Below, piece by piece: positions 26,892-40,479 of a DNA stretch of 64,000 bases (positions are counted from its first letter, which is position 1; each line of letters starts with the position of its first letter). The notes under the pieces were generated by a model. It was given only the letters and a program-made list of their open reading frames with translations. It made no database searches and was not told the DNA's origin. Source of the stretch: Macrostomum lignano (Eukaryota); NCBI GenBank assembly GCA_002269645.1, contig NIVC01003495.1, positions 30,974 to 94,973 of the forward strand, read 5' to 3'. The translations under genes and the position numbers were made by a program.

Positions 26892-29046
26892 TATAAAACT
26901 ATATATAAGCATAATATTTCTTCATACCTTGCTCTATATCATGCCTGTATTGAAATGTATTAATGTAGCTAAAATTGTTATTAAACAGATTTTTATTAAA
27001 AGAAATAAAAAAAATTGTCAAGATAAATGATTGATCAATGTTCTACCTTAAAAATAAAACTTTTGCCATATTTTATTGCAGTCTTTAAAAAAGTTTTATA
27101 TTTGAGAGTTGATAATTTAATTTAGAGTGAGAATCCCTAGGTTTTAGGTTTGCAATAAAATTAAAATGGAGAAAAAGTAGTGTGTCAGTATCATTTACTT
27201 TTAATATTAAATTTTCAGCTGACTAAGTAGCAGAATGGCATAAAAGAAATACAACCTTAACGCATCAGCATTTATAAAAAGTATGAATCATCCTGATTTA
27301 AATCATGTCCTTGTATCACAATGGAAGAGTATGCTATATTAAGTAATATCTTATCTATAGTGCTTTTTTAACTTAAATACTTTTGTCCTACTAAAAGCTT
27401 AACAGAGCATCAAAGAATATTTTTAATAATAAAAACTTTTCTATATTTAAATACAACTTAGTCATTCCACTCATAAAGAGCTTCTAGAATTTTAAATGGC
27501 ATAGAGAATTAGAGATTAAGTATTTGATACTCTTAATCTAATTATGATTTCATAAATTGTTAGGATATAAAATAAAATAGACTGAAAGCACAAAAAATAT
27601 GCCAGCATTAATTTACTATTTATAATAATAATATAACATCTAAAACGGAGGTTTTTATCATCCAACTGTAGAAGCTAGAGGAAATTAAACAAGTATGTAT
27701 ATGACACCCATAGATACATATAATTTACTGAAATAAAAATTATTTAATGAATTTTACGTGTAAAAGGTTTTATCTCTAAGACGTTTCAGAGGACGCGTTC
27801 AAAATTGTAAAGCTCATGCACCTGTGTACTTGTACCTCTAGCTAGACTATAGAGTCTACTGTGCAGGAAAATTGTTAAACCAGTAAACCTAGCGGTAAAT
27901 TATATCCGTTAGCAAAATGTTTTAATTCTTTGTTGCTAGTAAAGTCTAAACTTCATTTAAGGAGCCACTTCCAACTTTTTAATTTGCTAAATATTTAACG
28001 ACGAATGCCTGCACCATACTGTACTGCCTTCGGAGTCCTATGTAGACGTAGAAAAAACATTGATCATTTAATACGAAACATAATGCACATTAAATATGTT
28101 AGACAAAGCATAAATTACATAAAGTAAAATTGTGAAGAAAACTTATTTTGTCATTTATGCAACAAAAACTTTATAGTTTTAATAAATCACTGAAATTTGT
28201 CAAAAAGCAATAAAGATCAAGGCGTACACTTTGTTTTTATGTTATTTTTTTAAAGTCCGAAACAAAATATGCATTCGCATTCGAAAATTATATCACAAAC
28301 AACCGCTAGTAGCATAGTAGCTAGCAAACAAGCTAGTCCTTATATATTACTTCAAATATTTTAGTAGTACAAACTAAAATTTGGTCTTTCAACATTTCGT
28401 GGAAATTACACTTACTTTAGCTTCACGTCTACATTGAATATTAAATGCGTCGGAAAAATATTTTCATTGTCTTTAATTTCTTGCAATTACTCTACATGTT
28501 TTGGAATTATTCGTCTGAATTTTCCTTATAAAATTTTCATAGAATGTATATCGTAGTTAGTGCAGTTCAAGTTTTCAGAAACAAACAATAATCCAAAGGA
28601 ACAGATATGCCTAAAACTTGTTAACGAAATGAATACAGGACAATTTAAGTCAATTGGCAACAACGTTTAATTCACCGAATTGAAGCAAGTCTAGTTAATA
28701 TTGCAGTGATAGATACCATTTTAATTATGCTTAAAACGAAAAAAGAAGCTATAATTTGTCATTTGTGCATTAAATGGAATTCGCTTTCAAACATGATTAG
28801 TACATAAACACATATAGGCACTGTTAGGGATACCTTAGTTTTACATGCAATTTTATGAATAATAAATTTATGAGCTATAGAAACAAGAGCCTTTTGGTGA
28901 ATAAGTAAAACTATTTCTACAAATGCCACCATAAAAGCTTAAAAGAGTCTCGTCGAATTTACTAATCTCAACTTTAAGCGTTCTTGGCAATGCTCTGTAG
29001 AACCTAATTTAACTTACATTTAAAACTAAGGAAACAAGTCTGCAAG

Positions 29047-32000
29047 TCAAGCGGATGACATGAGCTGAGAAGCTGAGCTAGTGGCGCCCAGATCCGTGAT
29101 AAATCCAGCTGCCAGTACAAACTGCAGATACTGCACCAGCAGCACAGCTGACGAGTCAATGAAATACGACTCCTGATCGTACAGCTTCAGCGCCGACCGG
29201 ACCAGTTTAACAAATTGCGCGCCATACCGGCGCCACATGCTAGCTCCGGCGACCTCAAGCACCGAGTGCAGAGTGGCGCAGGTGAGCAGGTGGCTGTGCC
29301 GGCCTGTAGCAGACAGGCGAACCAAGCCGGCTGCCAGGCTCCACATGTGATTCAATGAGAACTCTTTCGGCCGGGAGAAACTGCCCATCAGAGGGGGAGC
29401 GCAGAACAGGGCGGCGTAGAGGCGGCCGAGAGAGCGGCAGCGCATCACTCGATCGTCCAGTTCACGGCCGGCCTCCCAGTCTGGCGGGGGCGGATGCGGC
29501 AGCAGCAGGGGACACTGGGCTAGGAGGAAGCTGAGCAGCATTGGTTGGAAAGCTTTGCTGCATGAGCACAGCATAGCAGTGGCCATGGCCAGGCTCTGGG
29601 CGATGCGCAAGCAGAACAGGTGATCGGCGCCCTCCTCATCCGGCCGCAGCTTGGCCGGCTCGCTGAACTGATCCTCGGCTTGCATGAGCAGGCACTCGCA
29701 GTAGGTGTACATGGCGAACTGCTCCCCGTTTGGCACCGAACGAATGCTGCTGATTTTACGCTGCTGATAAAACGACACGAATGGCTCCATGCTGAATATC
29801 TTCAATAGTAGCAGCATCGTCTGGAATAATTCATTCATTGGAATGGAATAATATTTTTAATGGGGGCGTTTCACAAGCTCGAAGTTTCACAAGCTCGAAG
29901 CTTCACAAGCTCGAAGCTTCACAAGCTCGAAGCTTCACAAGCTCGAAGCTTCACAAGCTCGAAGCTTCACAAGCTCGAAGCTTCACAAGCTCGAAGCTTC
30001 ACAAGCTCGAAACTTCACAAGCTCGAAGCTTCACAAGCTCGAAGCTTCACAAGCTCGAAGCTTCACAAGCTCGAAGCTTCACAAGCTCGAAGCTTCACAA
30101 GCTCGAAGCTTCACAAGCTCGAAACTTCACAAGCTCGAAGCTTTACAAGCTCGAAACTTTACAAGCTCGAAGCTTCACAAGCTCGAAACTTTACAAGCTC
30201 GAAGCTTTACAAGCTCGAAACTTTACAAGCTCGAAGCTTCACAAGCTCGAAGCTTCACAAGCTCGAAGCTTTACAAGCTCGAAACTTTACAAGCTCGAAG
30301 CTTCACAAGCTCGAATGCGTGAAACAGCAATAGAAGTTTTCATGGCTAAGCGCTTCCGAATTTAAGAGGTTTTTGGTATACTTAGTAAAACAGCTTTCTA
30401 CTTTCAGTTCAGTAGTAAGGAAGAATACCGTAAGCTATATTATGAAATAAAAGACAGGCAGCTGAAATGACTTTGATAAGTTTAGAAGCCAAGCTTGCAG
30501 ATGTAAACAACTTGCTACTGGGGTAGCTGTTATGTACATTAGCCAACGGCGCTGAAATGTACATGGCAGGGCAATAAAACGGGGAGAAATGCAATAAACT
30601 TGAATGGCGGGGGTGGGGTAGAGAAAGACGCGGTGCGGTCTGAGGGGTTCAAGCTGAGGCCTGGGGGGGTAAGAGGGTCAATAACCGATTCTTGCCCTAA
30701 AATACATTAAAATGCTTCTATTAAACTTACTACTGAACTGAAAGTAGCTTGCACGCAAATGTTCCGAGTGGCCCAATTAGTTTTTTGTTATCTGTACCAA
30801 GGACTTTTAGTGCTCTTAGTAAAAATTTTCTGGCTAACTTTCTTTTAGAGAATTTGAATTCAGATCCTCACTACTTAAAGGAGTATATTTAAGTGGCGAT
30901 CACATTAATGGCAATCCATCTAACCTGCTGCTGACGCTGCCTCATCAGTTGGGGCTCGTCGGAGGCGCAAAACTGGGCTAAACGATTTTGTAGCGTGGTC
31001 TGAATGGCCATTTTGAAGGTCATCAATTCGGGCGTGGCGCCGTTTATCAAGTCGGTCAGCTGGGCGCGCAGAGTTGCAAGCTTCTCGCGACACTTGCGCC
31101 AGCGCCAGCCGCTGTCAGTTGAATTGTTTGCGCCGGGGGCGGACTGGGCGGGTACAGCGGCTGAGGGGGCGGGTACAGCGGCTGAGGGGCCGGGTACAGC
31201 GGCTGAGGGGGCGGGTACAGCGGCTGAGGGGATGGGTACAGCGGCTGAGGGGGCGGGCACAGCGGCTGAGGGGGCGGGCACAGCGGCTGAGGGGGCGGAC
31301 ACGGCAGCTGGCAGAGCGGAAGTGACGTAAACAGCTGGAGGATCATTTCTGCTGTTTGGCTCCTGAAAGCAAATAAAGCAATAAAATGGATTTAGATGGA
31401 AATACGAGCAATATTCCATAAAATTAAAATGTGACTCAAATCTGTCACTTCTGTAAAAGATAAATCTACAAGCTGAGAAGTGACAACCGCGAAAATCTAA
31501 GATAACTGATAATTGACTACACCTGCCCTTATGGGCCAGATGTGCAACCGACAGCTCAGCCGCCGCTATTGCGCGGCGCATCTGAAGGCTGCGTACGGCT
31601 GTTGAGTCCAAGGACTGGGGGGTCGCCACACAGCCTCAATTACCCCAGCTAATGCTGGCACCCATTTTACAGCAGGGTGAACTGAAGCAGTGCAGAGTTA
31701 AGTGTCTTACTCAAGGACACAAATTGTTTCGAGTGGGTCGAGAATCGAACCCGCAACCTTTCAGTCGTGAATCCGACGCTCTGACCACTGGGTTACAGCT
31801 CAAGATTCTTGTAAACCTCGATACTGTGACACTATTGTGATATTCTTAAAGAGAAATTCCAAATCCTCAAATATAAACACAGATATTTAAGGGACATCCC
31901 AGATCCCGAGCCAAGCTTCAACTTGGCAATCCCAGAATACCTCAGCTTTGACCTCTCTCGATGCAGCGGCGGCTGCAGCTTCAGCGGCTGCGGCTTCGGC

Positions 32001-33511
32001 GGCTGCAGCTTCAGCGGCTGCGGCTTCGGCGGCTGCAGCCTCGGCGGCTGCGGCTTCAGCGGCTGCGGCTTCGGCGGCTGCGGCTTCGGCGGCTGCGGCT
32101 TCGGCGGCTGCGGCTTCGGCGGCGGCTGCAACAGCAGCAGCTTCAGCGGCGGTGGCGGCAGCTGCAGCGGCTTCATAGAAGCGCCGGGCCTCCCTAAGCT
32201 CGCAGTCGGTCAGGCCGGACTGCACAGCCAGGCGGTACAGGCCCATCCGGGCTTCGCTGAACTGGTCCGACAGGGTGCGCCAACCTTCATCAGTGTCAGC
32301 GCCGTCCGGCGGCTGCGGCCGGGCAGGAAGCGACTCCAGCAGCCGCTTGGCCTCGGACAGGTTGGCTCGGCCGCGCTCAGCCGCCCGACGTTCGGCCGCT
32401 TCGGCTGCCTCAATGGCGGCGAGCTCGGGACTTCAGGTGGGCGAGTGGGGATTATCATTGTGCGGATTATCGTACGAGCGTAAAATTCTGAAATCCCTGA
32501 TTCCCAAAATCCTAAGTTTAACGACAGAGCAGCTGACTCAGAGTCTGAACAGAATTGCCGTCATCGCGCTGGCTGTGTCTGTGGGACGACGAATGCTTCC
32601 TTTCTTCATACTGTCATTTGAACCACAGCTTAATTCCAGGGACAGGCATTTCACACAGACTTGAAACAGCCATAAATCAGTTTTTCTTCTTCTTTCTAAT
32701 TTGGGTTAGGGTTATAAGGGGTTTATGCTAGGCTCGATTCCAAGTGCAGTCACATTAATTTGGGGCTAAATTGGAATCTCGGCTTGGCTCTGCTCGTGCA
32801 ATTAACGCCCTTGAGGGCCAGCCCCCAAGGCACAGTGAAGTGTACATGTCCAACGACAAAAAAGTCAAAGCCGCTGTGTACACTCCTGTGTGAGTGTGCT
32901 GTGCGTATCCGCGCGCTCTTGTGCATGGGCAGCAATGCCTCTTGCTTAAAGTGCGCCATGGGTTGAGTCCCTCACCAATTCGCCTCGCGCTCATCCACCC
33001 GACTGCGTTGAGACGCCGCGGTGGCTGCCGCGGCGGATTTGCTAATCCTGTCAAATTGTTGCTCAAGCGACTCGCGAATTTCATTGCCAGCCTGCACCCC
33101 AGCTCGCATGTGAGTCAGCATCGCCTGCAGTGCGGCGACCTCCGCTTCATCTCGGAGCAGCTGCAGTGGCGACTGGGGCCGCTCCGCTGTCGCCACCACC
33201 GCTGATGATGCGGATGCTGGCGGCGAAGCGGGTGTCGGCGGCGACGGCGACCTTGGAGGCGGAGGTGGAGGCTGCGGCGGCGGCTGCTGTTGACGCTGGC
33301 GGCAGTGCGCGTAGCCATTGGAGATGCCATATTTTCTGCGAGCGAACTCGGTAGTCTCGGGTGACAGCTTTAATGTTTGACGAGAGGCCTGAGCATCATC
33401 TAGGATGCTGTCAATGCTGGGGCACTGACGGCGCTGCTGGCGGTGCTGTGGCTCCTGGAATTTTTATTGCCAGAGAATTTTTTTACCGCAAATTACAATT
33501 CGTGCAGCCAT
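29047..33511 (-). CDS. GLE1: GLE1-like mRNA export/translation factor, 5 exons, about 731 aa
   Basis: Exons 33511-33497, 33454-32976, 32430-31941, 31362-30925 and 29820-29047, with consistent phases. The last exon resembles the GLE1 C-terminal domain (LGRLYAAL, LNHMW, ATLHSVLEVAG..MWRRYGAQFVKL versus human IRLYAAI, LNHGW, ATLLFDFLEVCG..LMKQYQVQFWKM). Exon 4 resembles the preceding KIKMDLQK helix. The 5-codon first exon and the AAG acceptor at 32431 are less certain. Confidence 0.72.
29870..30315. repeat. 16-bp minisatellite (TTCACAAGCTCGAAGC)n, GLE1 intron 4
   Basis: Direct reading. Confidence 0.95.
30377..30794. mobile_element. MITE family M1, copy truncated at the left end
   Basis: Homologous to 44293-44733 and 50349-50792; retains the right TIR (...GTGGCCCAATTAGTTTTTTGTTATCTG). 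Confidence 0.75.
31537..31800 (-). mobile_element. CORE (MIR-like) tRNA-derived SINE family B
   Basis: Reverse-complement copy of the element at 57444 and 59629. Confidence 0.85.
32728..32960 (+). mobile_element. SINE family A copy (5'-truncated, GLE1 intron 2)
   Basis: B-box GGCTCGATTCC and a body homologous to 20725 and 60340. Confidence 0.72.
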
Positions 33512-34879
33512 GACTACAATAATAACCATAACTGCAGGGGGGCTGTGGGTAGCCTGGCACAACACTTTTGACGACATCGTCCCACAACTAGCGCTGAGTA
33601 GGGGTTCAGGAGGGCAATTTTTTTCAGGGTTTGGGGTTCCAGTACCACTACCCTGAAACCCGATCCAAACATTTTTTCAAACCCCAACCCAAACATTTGA
33701 ATAGAGATAGTTAAAGATATAACAAAGAGCACCTATTGAAACTTTGGTGGCAGCTTAATAAGATTTCCAGTGTTGCCACTTGGTATTGACTATAAAGTTT
33801 CCTCTACAATAAAAAAGTTCCTCCAAAATTTCTTGCTTTGAAAATGAATGCTTTGGTGCTTTTATACGAGTATTAGCTGAGCAGTCTATTTTGGCAGTAT
33901 TTGCCTGACTGTTTCTGGTTTTTTTCTCAAAAAGTTCTAATTTAATTCATTTGAGAAAAAAGCTGAATTTTTTGCCAGGCACTTGCACCTACTTCCACTT
34001 AAGGCCATTTTCGGAATTTTGGTAGGACTATATATTATATTATTTATAAATTATGTTTTAATGATAGATCCCCAAAATGCAAATGAATACAGTTAAGGTT
34101 TTTGAACTTCAAACTATTTTTGTGCAGCCTAAGAAAGAGGTAAGTACATACAATTACAATATTGACTGAATAGAATAGCAAGCCTAATTGAAACATTTAA
34201 AAAATACAATGATAGATTTTATTACAAGATTTTACAGAAGATTGAAAATTTCAACAAGAGCAGACAAGAAACCTATGATTTCCTCTGAAATTCATAAAAT
34301 TCTTTGAAGGAAATTCACATTTGATAAAATTTCCTCTAGCGCTAAAATTTTCTTTAATTTTCTCCAATTTCCTCATGGAGGAACTTTCCTCCAAAGTGGC
34401 AACACTGAAGATTTCAAAAAGAACATAAAGTCCATAAAGCATAAAGTAAAAAACAGAAAAAAAACAATAAAAAAATAAAGTATAATCTGTCTATTCTATT
34501 GAATTGCTTTTAAATAGATATTTAATTTGTAAAATACTTTTTTCTTATAACAATTAATTCTTTATTATCTTCTTATAAACTCCTAAGCATTTTTATAACA
34601 TTAGTTTAAAAAAACATTTGATAGGCCTACATATATAATTACTTTTATACATAAATACAAAAAAACAAAGCATTTTTAGCAAAATTGGAATTTAAAATGC
34701 AAATTAATTTTTTGTTATTGCGATTGTGATATATTGTGATATGTTTATATTGTGATTATAAAAGAAATAGAGGAAAACAAAAAATGGTTTGATTTAAAAG
34801 TGCCAATTAATTTTTAGATTAATAAATAATCCATTTATTAACCAATAATTATAAGATAGATAAGGATAATGTGCAGTTT

Positions 34880-36810
34880 AACCTCTTCAGGACTTGACCT
34901 AAATTTCTATTATCTCTACTCCAGTCCATATGTCTGTCTTTCTATCTATATCTATTTACTATTTACTATCAGTTTGTCAGTTGGCCTGTCTATGGATTAC
35001 TGTCTTTATAAGACAGCACAAGTTTGTTATAAAATGTTAATTAGTTAAGGAGCATTAAAAATGTTAACATTTTCCAATAGTATTAGCGCTAATGGAGTAT
35101 AATTAGGATTTTTCACAAATCCTAACAAAGGTTAACAAATTTGCTTAAACAGTTTTCTAAATAAACATTATTAAATTGCCCTATTGTCAGTCCTGTCAGA
35201 GTGTATTCTATTTATATTTAGCAGCTAAGCTATGCAACTCTCTGTCTTGTGTACATTTTTTTTGTTTTTAAAAAAGAGACATACACTTAGGCATACAGCT
35301 AATGTAGTTGCATAACTTTTTTCTTCCAGATGATAGTCAAACTATATTTCAAAGAGTAGCAAGGCAGAGGTGGATGAGGTGGCCAAGGTGGAGGAGGCAG
35401 GCAAGGCAGAGGAGGCGGAGGTGGCAGCCAAGGCAGAGAAGGAGGAGATGGTGGAGGAGGTTGAGGAGGAGGTGGGAAAGGTTCTATCCAAAGTAAGTCT
35501 GTAAGTAAGCTGATCTGTCTCCTCACTTGTCTAGCTTTTTTAATAGCTTATATAGTCACGCTTTATACTATAGTGGTTTTTGGACTCCTTAAGTTTTTGT
35601 TTCCTATACTTTATTTGTCTTAGTCTAGTTTGAGTCGAATACTGAAACCAGTTCTCAAAGAGCTTGAAACAACCTAAGTAGACAGTGTCTGAACTCATGA
35701 CATTGGACAATAAGGACCACATTTGTTTTAGATCCACAAAGTGAAAACCAGTCATTCAGCAAAAAAATTGTTGTCAAGCTTTGCCAAGATCTGTTGGATG
35801 AAGGCTATAGCATTTTTGTCAACAAATAGTTTGGTTCTTATTGGTTGGCTAAGTACCTTCTGGATCAAGATGCTCATCTGACTTGCAATATACGAGCTGA
35901 CCAAGGCATGTAAATTGAGCTTAGGCAGTTAAATGTGCCACCCAATGATGTTGGCTTCATGTGCAAGGGTGCTATGCTGGCAACAAAGATTGTTAAAAGA
36001 TAAGAAAGTGGTTTAAAAACATTATATTTACTGGACACAAAGGAGGCAGTATCAAAAGTTCTAGTCCAACAAATTGCCCAAGGTGGAGTAGCAACTGCAA
36101 TGTAGTGCCACTCAGCTTTGACTTACAATTGCTGCATGGTATAGGCAGCGTTAATCAAATAGATAGGCATAGCAATATGCAGCCTTATTAGCTTGCTTGG
36201 AAAACTAGAATGTTTTTGAAACTTGGTTTGCACCTATGCTTGCAGATGGTCTAAAATGCTTGGATTGGATACTGTAACTGTAGTGGCCAAAAGGTATTTG
36301 TTAAGTTTTTACTAGAAGCCAGCATTTGTAAATTTGTGCAGAGCTATTGCAGCTCAAGCCTTTGGCCAAGTCAGCCCATACTTTTTAATGCAAATTCAGC
36401 CAAGCTTGAGAAAGTCAGCCAAGACCAACTAAGCAATGTTGCATCTACTACCAAGCTAAAAGAATCAAATGATCAATCTAATACTACCTTGTATGTCTAG
36501 GTGAACTAGGACTATGTCTAGAGACCTGCTTTTAGCAATGGCATTCTTGAATTCTTGACAGTTTTGGTTCCTCTTCCTGGTATATGCATGCAACAGGCAA
36601 AATATTTCATGCTATAGTATATTCCTTTCTATCTAGGAAGATATCATTCTAAAAGTTTTGCTTACCATAGCCAACTAGAAAGGAATGTGTATTTTAAGTT
36701 TACCATAGATTATATTTGATCTAAATCATCTGACTTCTGTCTAGACTAAAACTAGGGTGTACGCATGGTAAGCAGTGCTTACCAATTACCATTAGACTTT
36801 TAGAGGTTAT
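34880..36810 (+). mobile_element. Degenerate piggyBac (PGBD4-like) transposon remnant
   Basis: Disrupted translation at about 35760-36270 follows piggyBac DDD motifs: IVVKLCQDLLDEGYSIFVNK*F (VDN.Y/F), LLDQDAHLTCNIRA (GTVR), IGSVNQ.DR (MGGVD..DQ), WKTRMFLKLGLHL...V*NAW (RKT.KWY.KL..H...NA). Possible ends TTAA|CCTCTT at 34877 and AGAGG|TTAT near 36805. Confidence 0.65.
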
Positions 36811-37693
36811 TTAATATCTTGTCATAACCTAATGGTTATAACAGCATAGTTTTATTCATTATTAGAAGGCACAAATTTATGTAGATATATAATATATATT
36901 TATATGATAATATAATAATGATAAAGAATAAATACTCATTTGAAATATGAACAATTTTATAATATATTTATTATACTAGTTTATTAATTATTATTTTTTA
37001 CCTAAAACAATTATCAATAGGCCTTTGTCAATAGGGATGACCTAATTTAAAAAAGTCATGTGTTTGAAAATATGAAATAAAAAATCCTTAGAAACTTTGA
37101 CAACCAACTAACTACAAAACTACTGTACAGACTACAAAAAGTTGATAACTGGCGCATTAGGGCCTACTGCATTACTATACTACAGCAAAACATAAAAATT
37201 TGCCTATAGCCAAACCAAAGGAAATGAAGCATGTAATATGGGTATCGACACCATATCGTGTTTGATCTTCATCGATCCGCATCCTAAACAGTTACTAAGA
37301 CAAGCAATAACACTAACACTCGTTTTTCTTAATCCTGCCTTCTGTGCCGAGATTTTCAGAAATCGTGCCGCCGGGCATTCTTCTCGAATCGTTCGTTAAA
37401 CTATTTTTTCGAGAGAATGCCCGCCGCTGTGCTTTTGAAAAAGTTTCCAAGAAACAACGTTAATTTGGACTCTAGCTGCTTTACGCAGATTGAATGATTA
37501 AGTATCAGGGTTTATAAGAAAATACACAGTAAGTGAATACATATTTACAGCAATATTAGGATTTCGAAAATCTGCTGTGTTGAAAGTGTCTATCCGATGC
37601 TGATACGAGTAGCTATTTGTAATTTTAGCGAGAAACAACTATCGCTATATAGACGTGTTGGCGAGTGTAGTTAGCACTCAAAAATGTTGGAGA

Positions 37694-37854
37694 CAGTGGC
37701 GTAGCCAGGATTTCCTTCTGCTGGGAGGGGGGGGGTCACAGTCACAGGCTCACAGCGGCAACCGGGGGCAGGGGGTGCTAGGCCTCTGCGACGGGGGAGG
37801 GGGGTGCTGAAAATTTGGCCTGGATCATGCCCAGCCGGCTTGGCTACGCCCCTG
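37694..37854. mobile_element. hAT-type MITE (161 bp)
   Basis: TIRs CAGTGGCGTAGCC...GGCTACGCCCCTG; 8-bp TSD GTTGGAGA / GTTGGAGG (7 of 8 match). Confidence 0.85.
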
Positions 37855-38582
37855 GTTGGAGGAGTAGAAAGGAGTTGTGCCTGTGTATCTGCTTGACAGA
37901 ACAGATTTCCGGCTCATTTAGGGCGCGTGGAGATGTACTCGAGTAAGAGAAGTGGATTGGGCTGGGGGGGGGGTTCACTGAGTGCGGAACCTGGGTGTCT
38001 CCGAACTGTCTCTCTGCATACATGTATGCATGCTACAGTAACTTATATTATGCAGGTTGGAAGAAACATTTAGCGAAATATTGATTAAAAATGAGAAAAT
38101 TTGTGCCAAATCGTCAAATGGCCATTGGCCAATGGTCGTAAGCATAAGACGTTCTTGCGCACTGATGCACCGTGCATGGTTGAAATCTAATTGTAGTCAT
38201 GCATCAAGACGACTGAATAAATTCATAAGCCTCGGGGTCGGGCCAAAAAAACCAAACCAAAAACTTCAAGACACGGGCTTGCGATTAGATTTTTGTACTT
38301 AATATTTGAATAATTTCTATTTGCACTTTAAAAACCCAGGCTTCAATTTTTTCCCGCTGGGGCACTGGCCACAGACTAAAATTTGTTGAGCTGGGGAATG
38401 CTTAGCCATAGACGGCTTCTTGGCCCGGCCCTGTATCGACACAGGCAAAGGAGGTTAAGAAGAGCCCGACCCAGCGCTCAGCTAAGCTCGTCAGTCAACG
38501 CCGGCGGCTCCTCAAGCTAACGCGTCTCTTACTTGCACCAAGCGCTAGAGCTTTCAATTTACAACTCCAACCAGCTACGAAA

Positions 38583-39953
38583 ATGCGCGAGTGCATCTCT
38601 ATCCACATCGGCCAGGCCGGAGTGCAGATCGGCAACGCCTGCTGGGAGCTCTACTGTCTGGAGCACGGCATCCAGCCCGACGGCATGATGCTAGCCGGCA
38701 GGGAGAAGTGCGACAACTCAGTAGAGACGTTCTTCTCTGAGACAAACTCTGGCCGTTACGTACCAAGGTCTGTGTTTATAGACCTGGAGCCCACCGTAGT
38801 TGACGAAGTCCGTACCGGAACCTACAGGCAGCTGTTTCATCCGGAACAGCTTATCTCTGGCAAGGAGGACGCCGCCAACAACTATGCCAGAGGCCAGTAC
38901 ACCATCGGCAAGGAGATCATCAACACCGTGCGAGAGGTGGTGGCCAGAGCGGCGGAGAACTGCAGCAGCCTGCAGGGCTTCTTCCTGTTCCACTCGTTCG
39001 GCGGCGGCACTGGCGCCGGCTTCACCTCCCTGCTGATGGACAAGCTGTCATCCGAGTACGGCAAAAAGGCCAAGGTGCAGACGTCCATCTACCCGGCGCC
39101 GCAGGTCAGCACCGCGGTTGTTGAGCCGTTCAACGCCATCTTGTGCACCCACGGCACATTGCGACACGCCGATGTCACCTTCATTATTGACAATGAGGCT
39201 ATTTACGACATCTGCAGAAGGAACCTGGACATCGAGAAGCCGACTTACACTAACCTGAACAGATTAGTCAGTCAAGTTATTTCTTCGCTCACTGCCTCGT
39301 TGCGTTTCGAAGGTTCCCTCAACGTGGACATCTCTGAGTTCCAGACAAATCTTGTGCCCTATCCCAAGATCCACTTTCCTCTAGCAACGTTCGCGCCCAT
39401 CATCTCAACGGAAAAAGCCAATCACGAGCAGCTTAAGGTTCGCGAGATCACCAACTCCTGTTTTGAGCCGACGAACCAAATGGTGAAGTGCGACCCTAGG
39501 CATGGAAAGTACATGGCCTGCTGTCTACTCTACCGAGGAGACGTCAACTCCAAGGACGTCAACGACGCCGTTCAGAAGATCAAAAGCAAGCGCGAGATTC
39601 AGTTCGTGGACTGGTGCCCAACCGGGTTCAAGGTCGGCATCAACTACCAGCCGCCCACCACGGTGCCCGGAGGCGATCTGGCGAAGGTGCCACGAGCCGT
39701 CTGCATGCTGAGCAACACCACCGCCATCGCTGAGGCCTGGGACCGGCTAGCGTACAAGTTCGACCTCATGTACTCCAAGCGGGCCTTCGTGCACTGGTAC
39801 GTCGGCGAAGGCATGGAGGAGGGCGAGTTCGCTGAGGCGCGCGAGGACCTGGGCTCCATGCAGAAGGACTACGAAGAGGTCGGAGTGGACAGCGTCGAAG
39901 GCGAGGAGGAGGAGGTCGAAGAGATGGACAAGGAAGGCGCTGATGGGGAATAA
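38583..39953 (+). CDS. TUBA: Alpha-tubulin, divergent isotype, intronless (456 aa)
   Basis: MRECISIH start, [55 protein letters not shown], and an acidic tail. Confidence 0.97.
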   Translation: MRECISIHIGQAGVQIGNACWELYCLEHGIQPDGMMLAGREKCDNSVETFFSETNSGRYVPRSVFIDLEPTVVDEVRTGTYRQLFHPEQLISGKEDAANNYARGQYTIGKEIINTVREVVARAAENCSSLQGFFLFHSFGGGTGAGFTSLLMDKLSSEYGKKAKVQTSIYPAPQVSTAVVEPFNAILCTHGTLRHADVTFIIDNEAIYDICRRNLDIEKPTYTNLNRLVSQVISSLTASLRFEGSLNVDISEFQTNLVPYPKIHFPLATFAPIISTEKANHEQLKVREITNSCFEPTNQMVKCDPRHGKYMACCLLYRGDVNSKDVNDAVQKIKSKREIQFVDWCPTGFKVGINYQPPTTVPGGDLAKVPRAVCMLSNTTAIAEAWDRLAYKFDLMYSKRAFVHWYVGEGMEEGEFAEAREDLGSMQKDYEEVGVDSVEGEEEEVEEMDKEGADGE

Positions 39954-40479
39954 ATATTGAGGCGTTAAGCAGTTCGAGAAACTCTTGCTTCTTTAAAGGT
40001 CCTTTCAGATTTCTCCTCTGTCATTATGCTCAATTTTGAGGAGCTTGTTTCGCCCATTGCAGCTTTCTCTTTCTTGCTGCATCTCAAGAGAGATCCTTAT
40101 TTTAGTTTTTTGCTCTTACCGGGCACTCAAATCGCTTTTTTTATTGCCGCATCTTCAATGCAGCTGTTTTTATGCCAAAATTGTTTGCCTTCGAACAAGC
40201 AAGCAATTAGTAAATAAAAAAATGCTTTTGAATAAAATATAAAGACGTTATTTTATGCTGCTTAGCAAGGAAAATAAAGCTGTCGACAGCCCACAGAAAT
40301 CATGTATTTTCTAAAATTGTACGATTACATATGAAGACTCTGAAAAGCAACAAATCAAAATTAAGTTAGATCAATTTACCAGCTATTAAGTAGACCTAAA
40401 TTTGATATTAAATGTTGAAAAAAAATTGGGAGAACGAACTTTAACTAATTAGGTATAACTGAGGAAGAATTCTATTGAT

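Noticed and set aside
35299-35526. Pro-rich / GGA-rich ORFs
   Set aside because: Low-complexity stretch inside the decayed piggyBac, with no independent gene signals.
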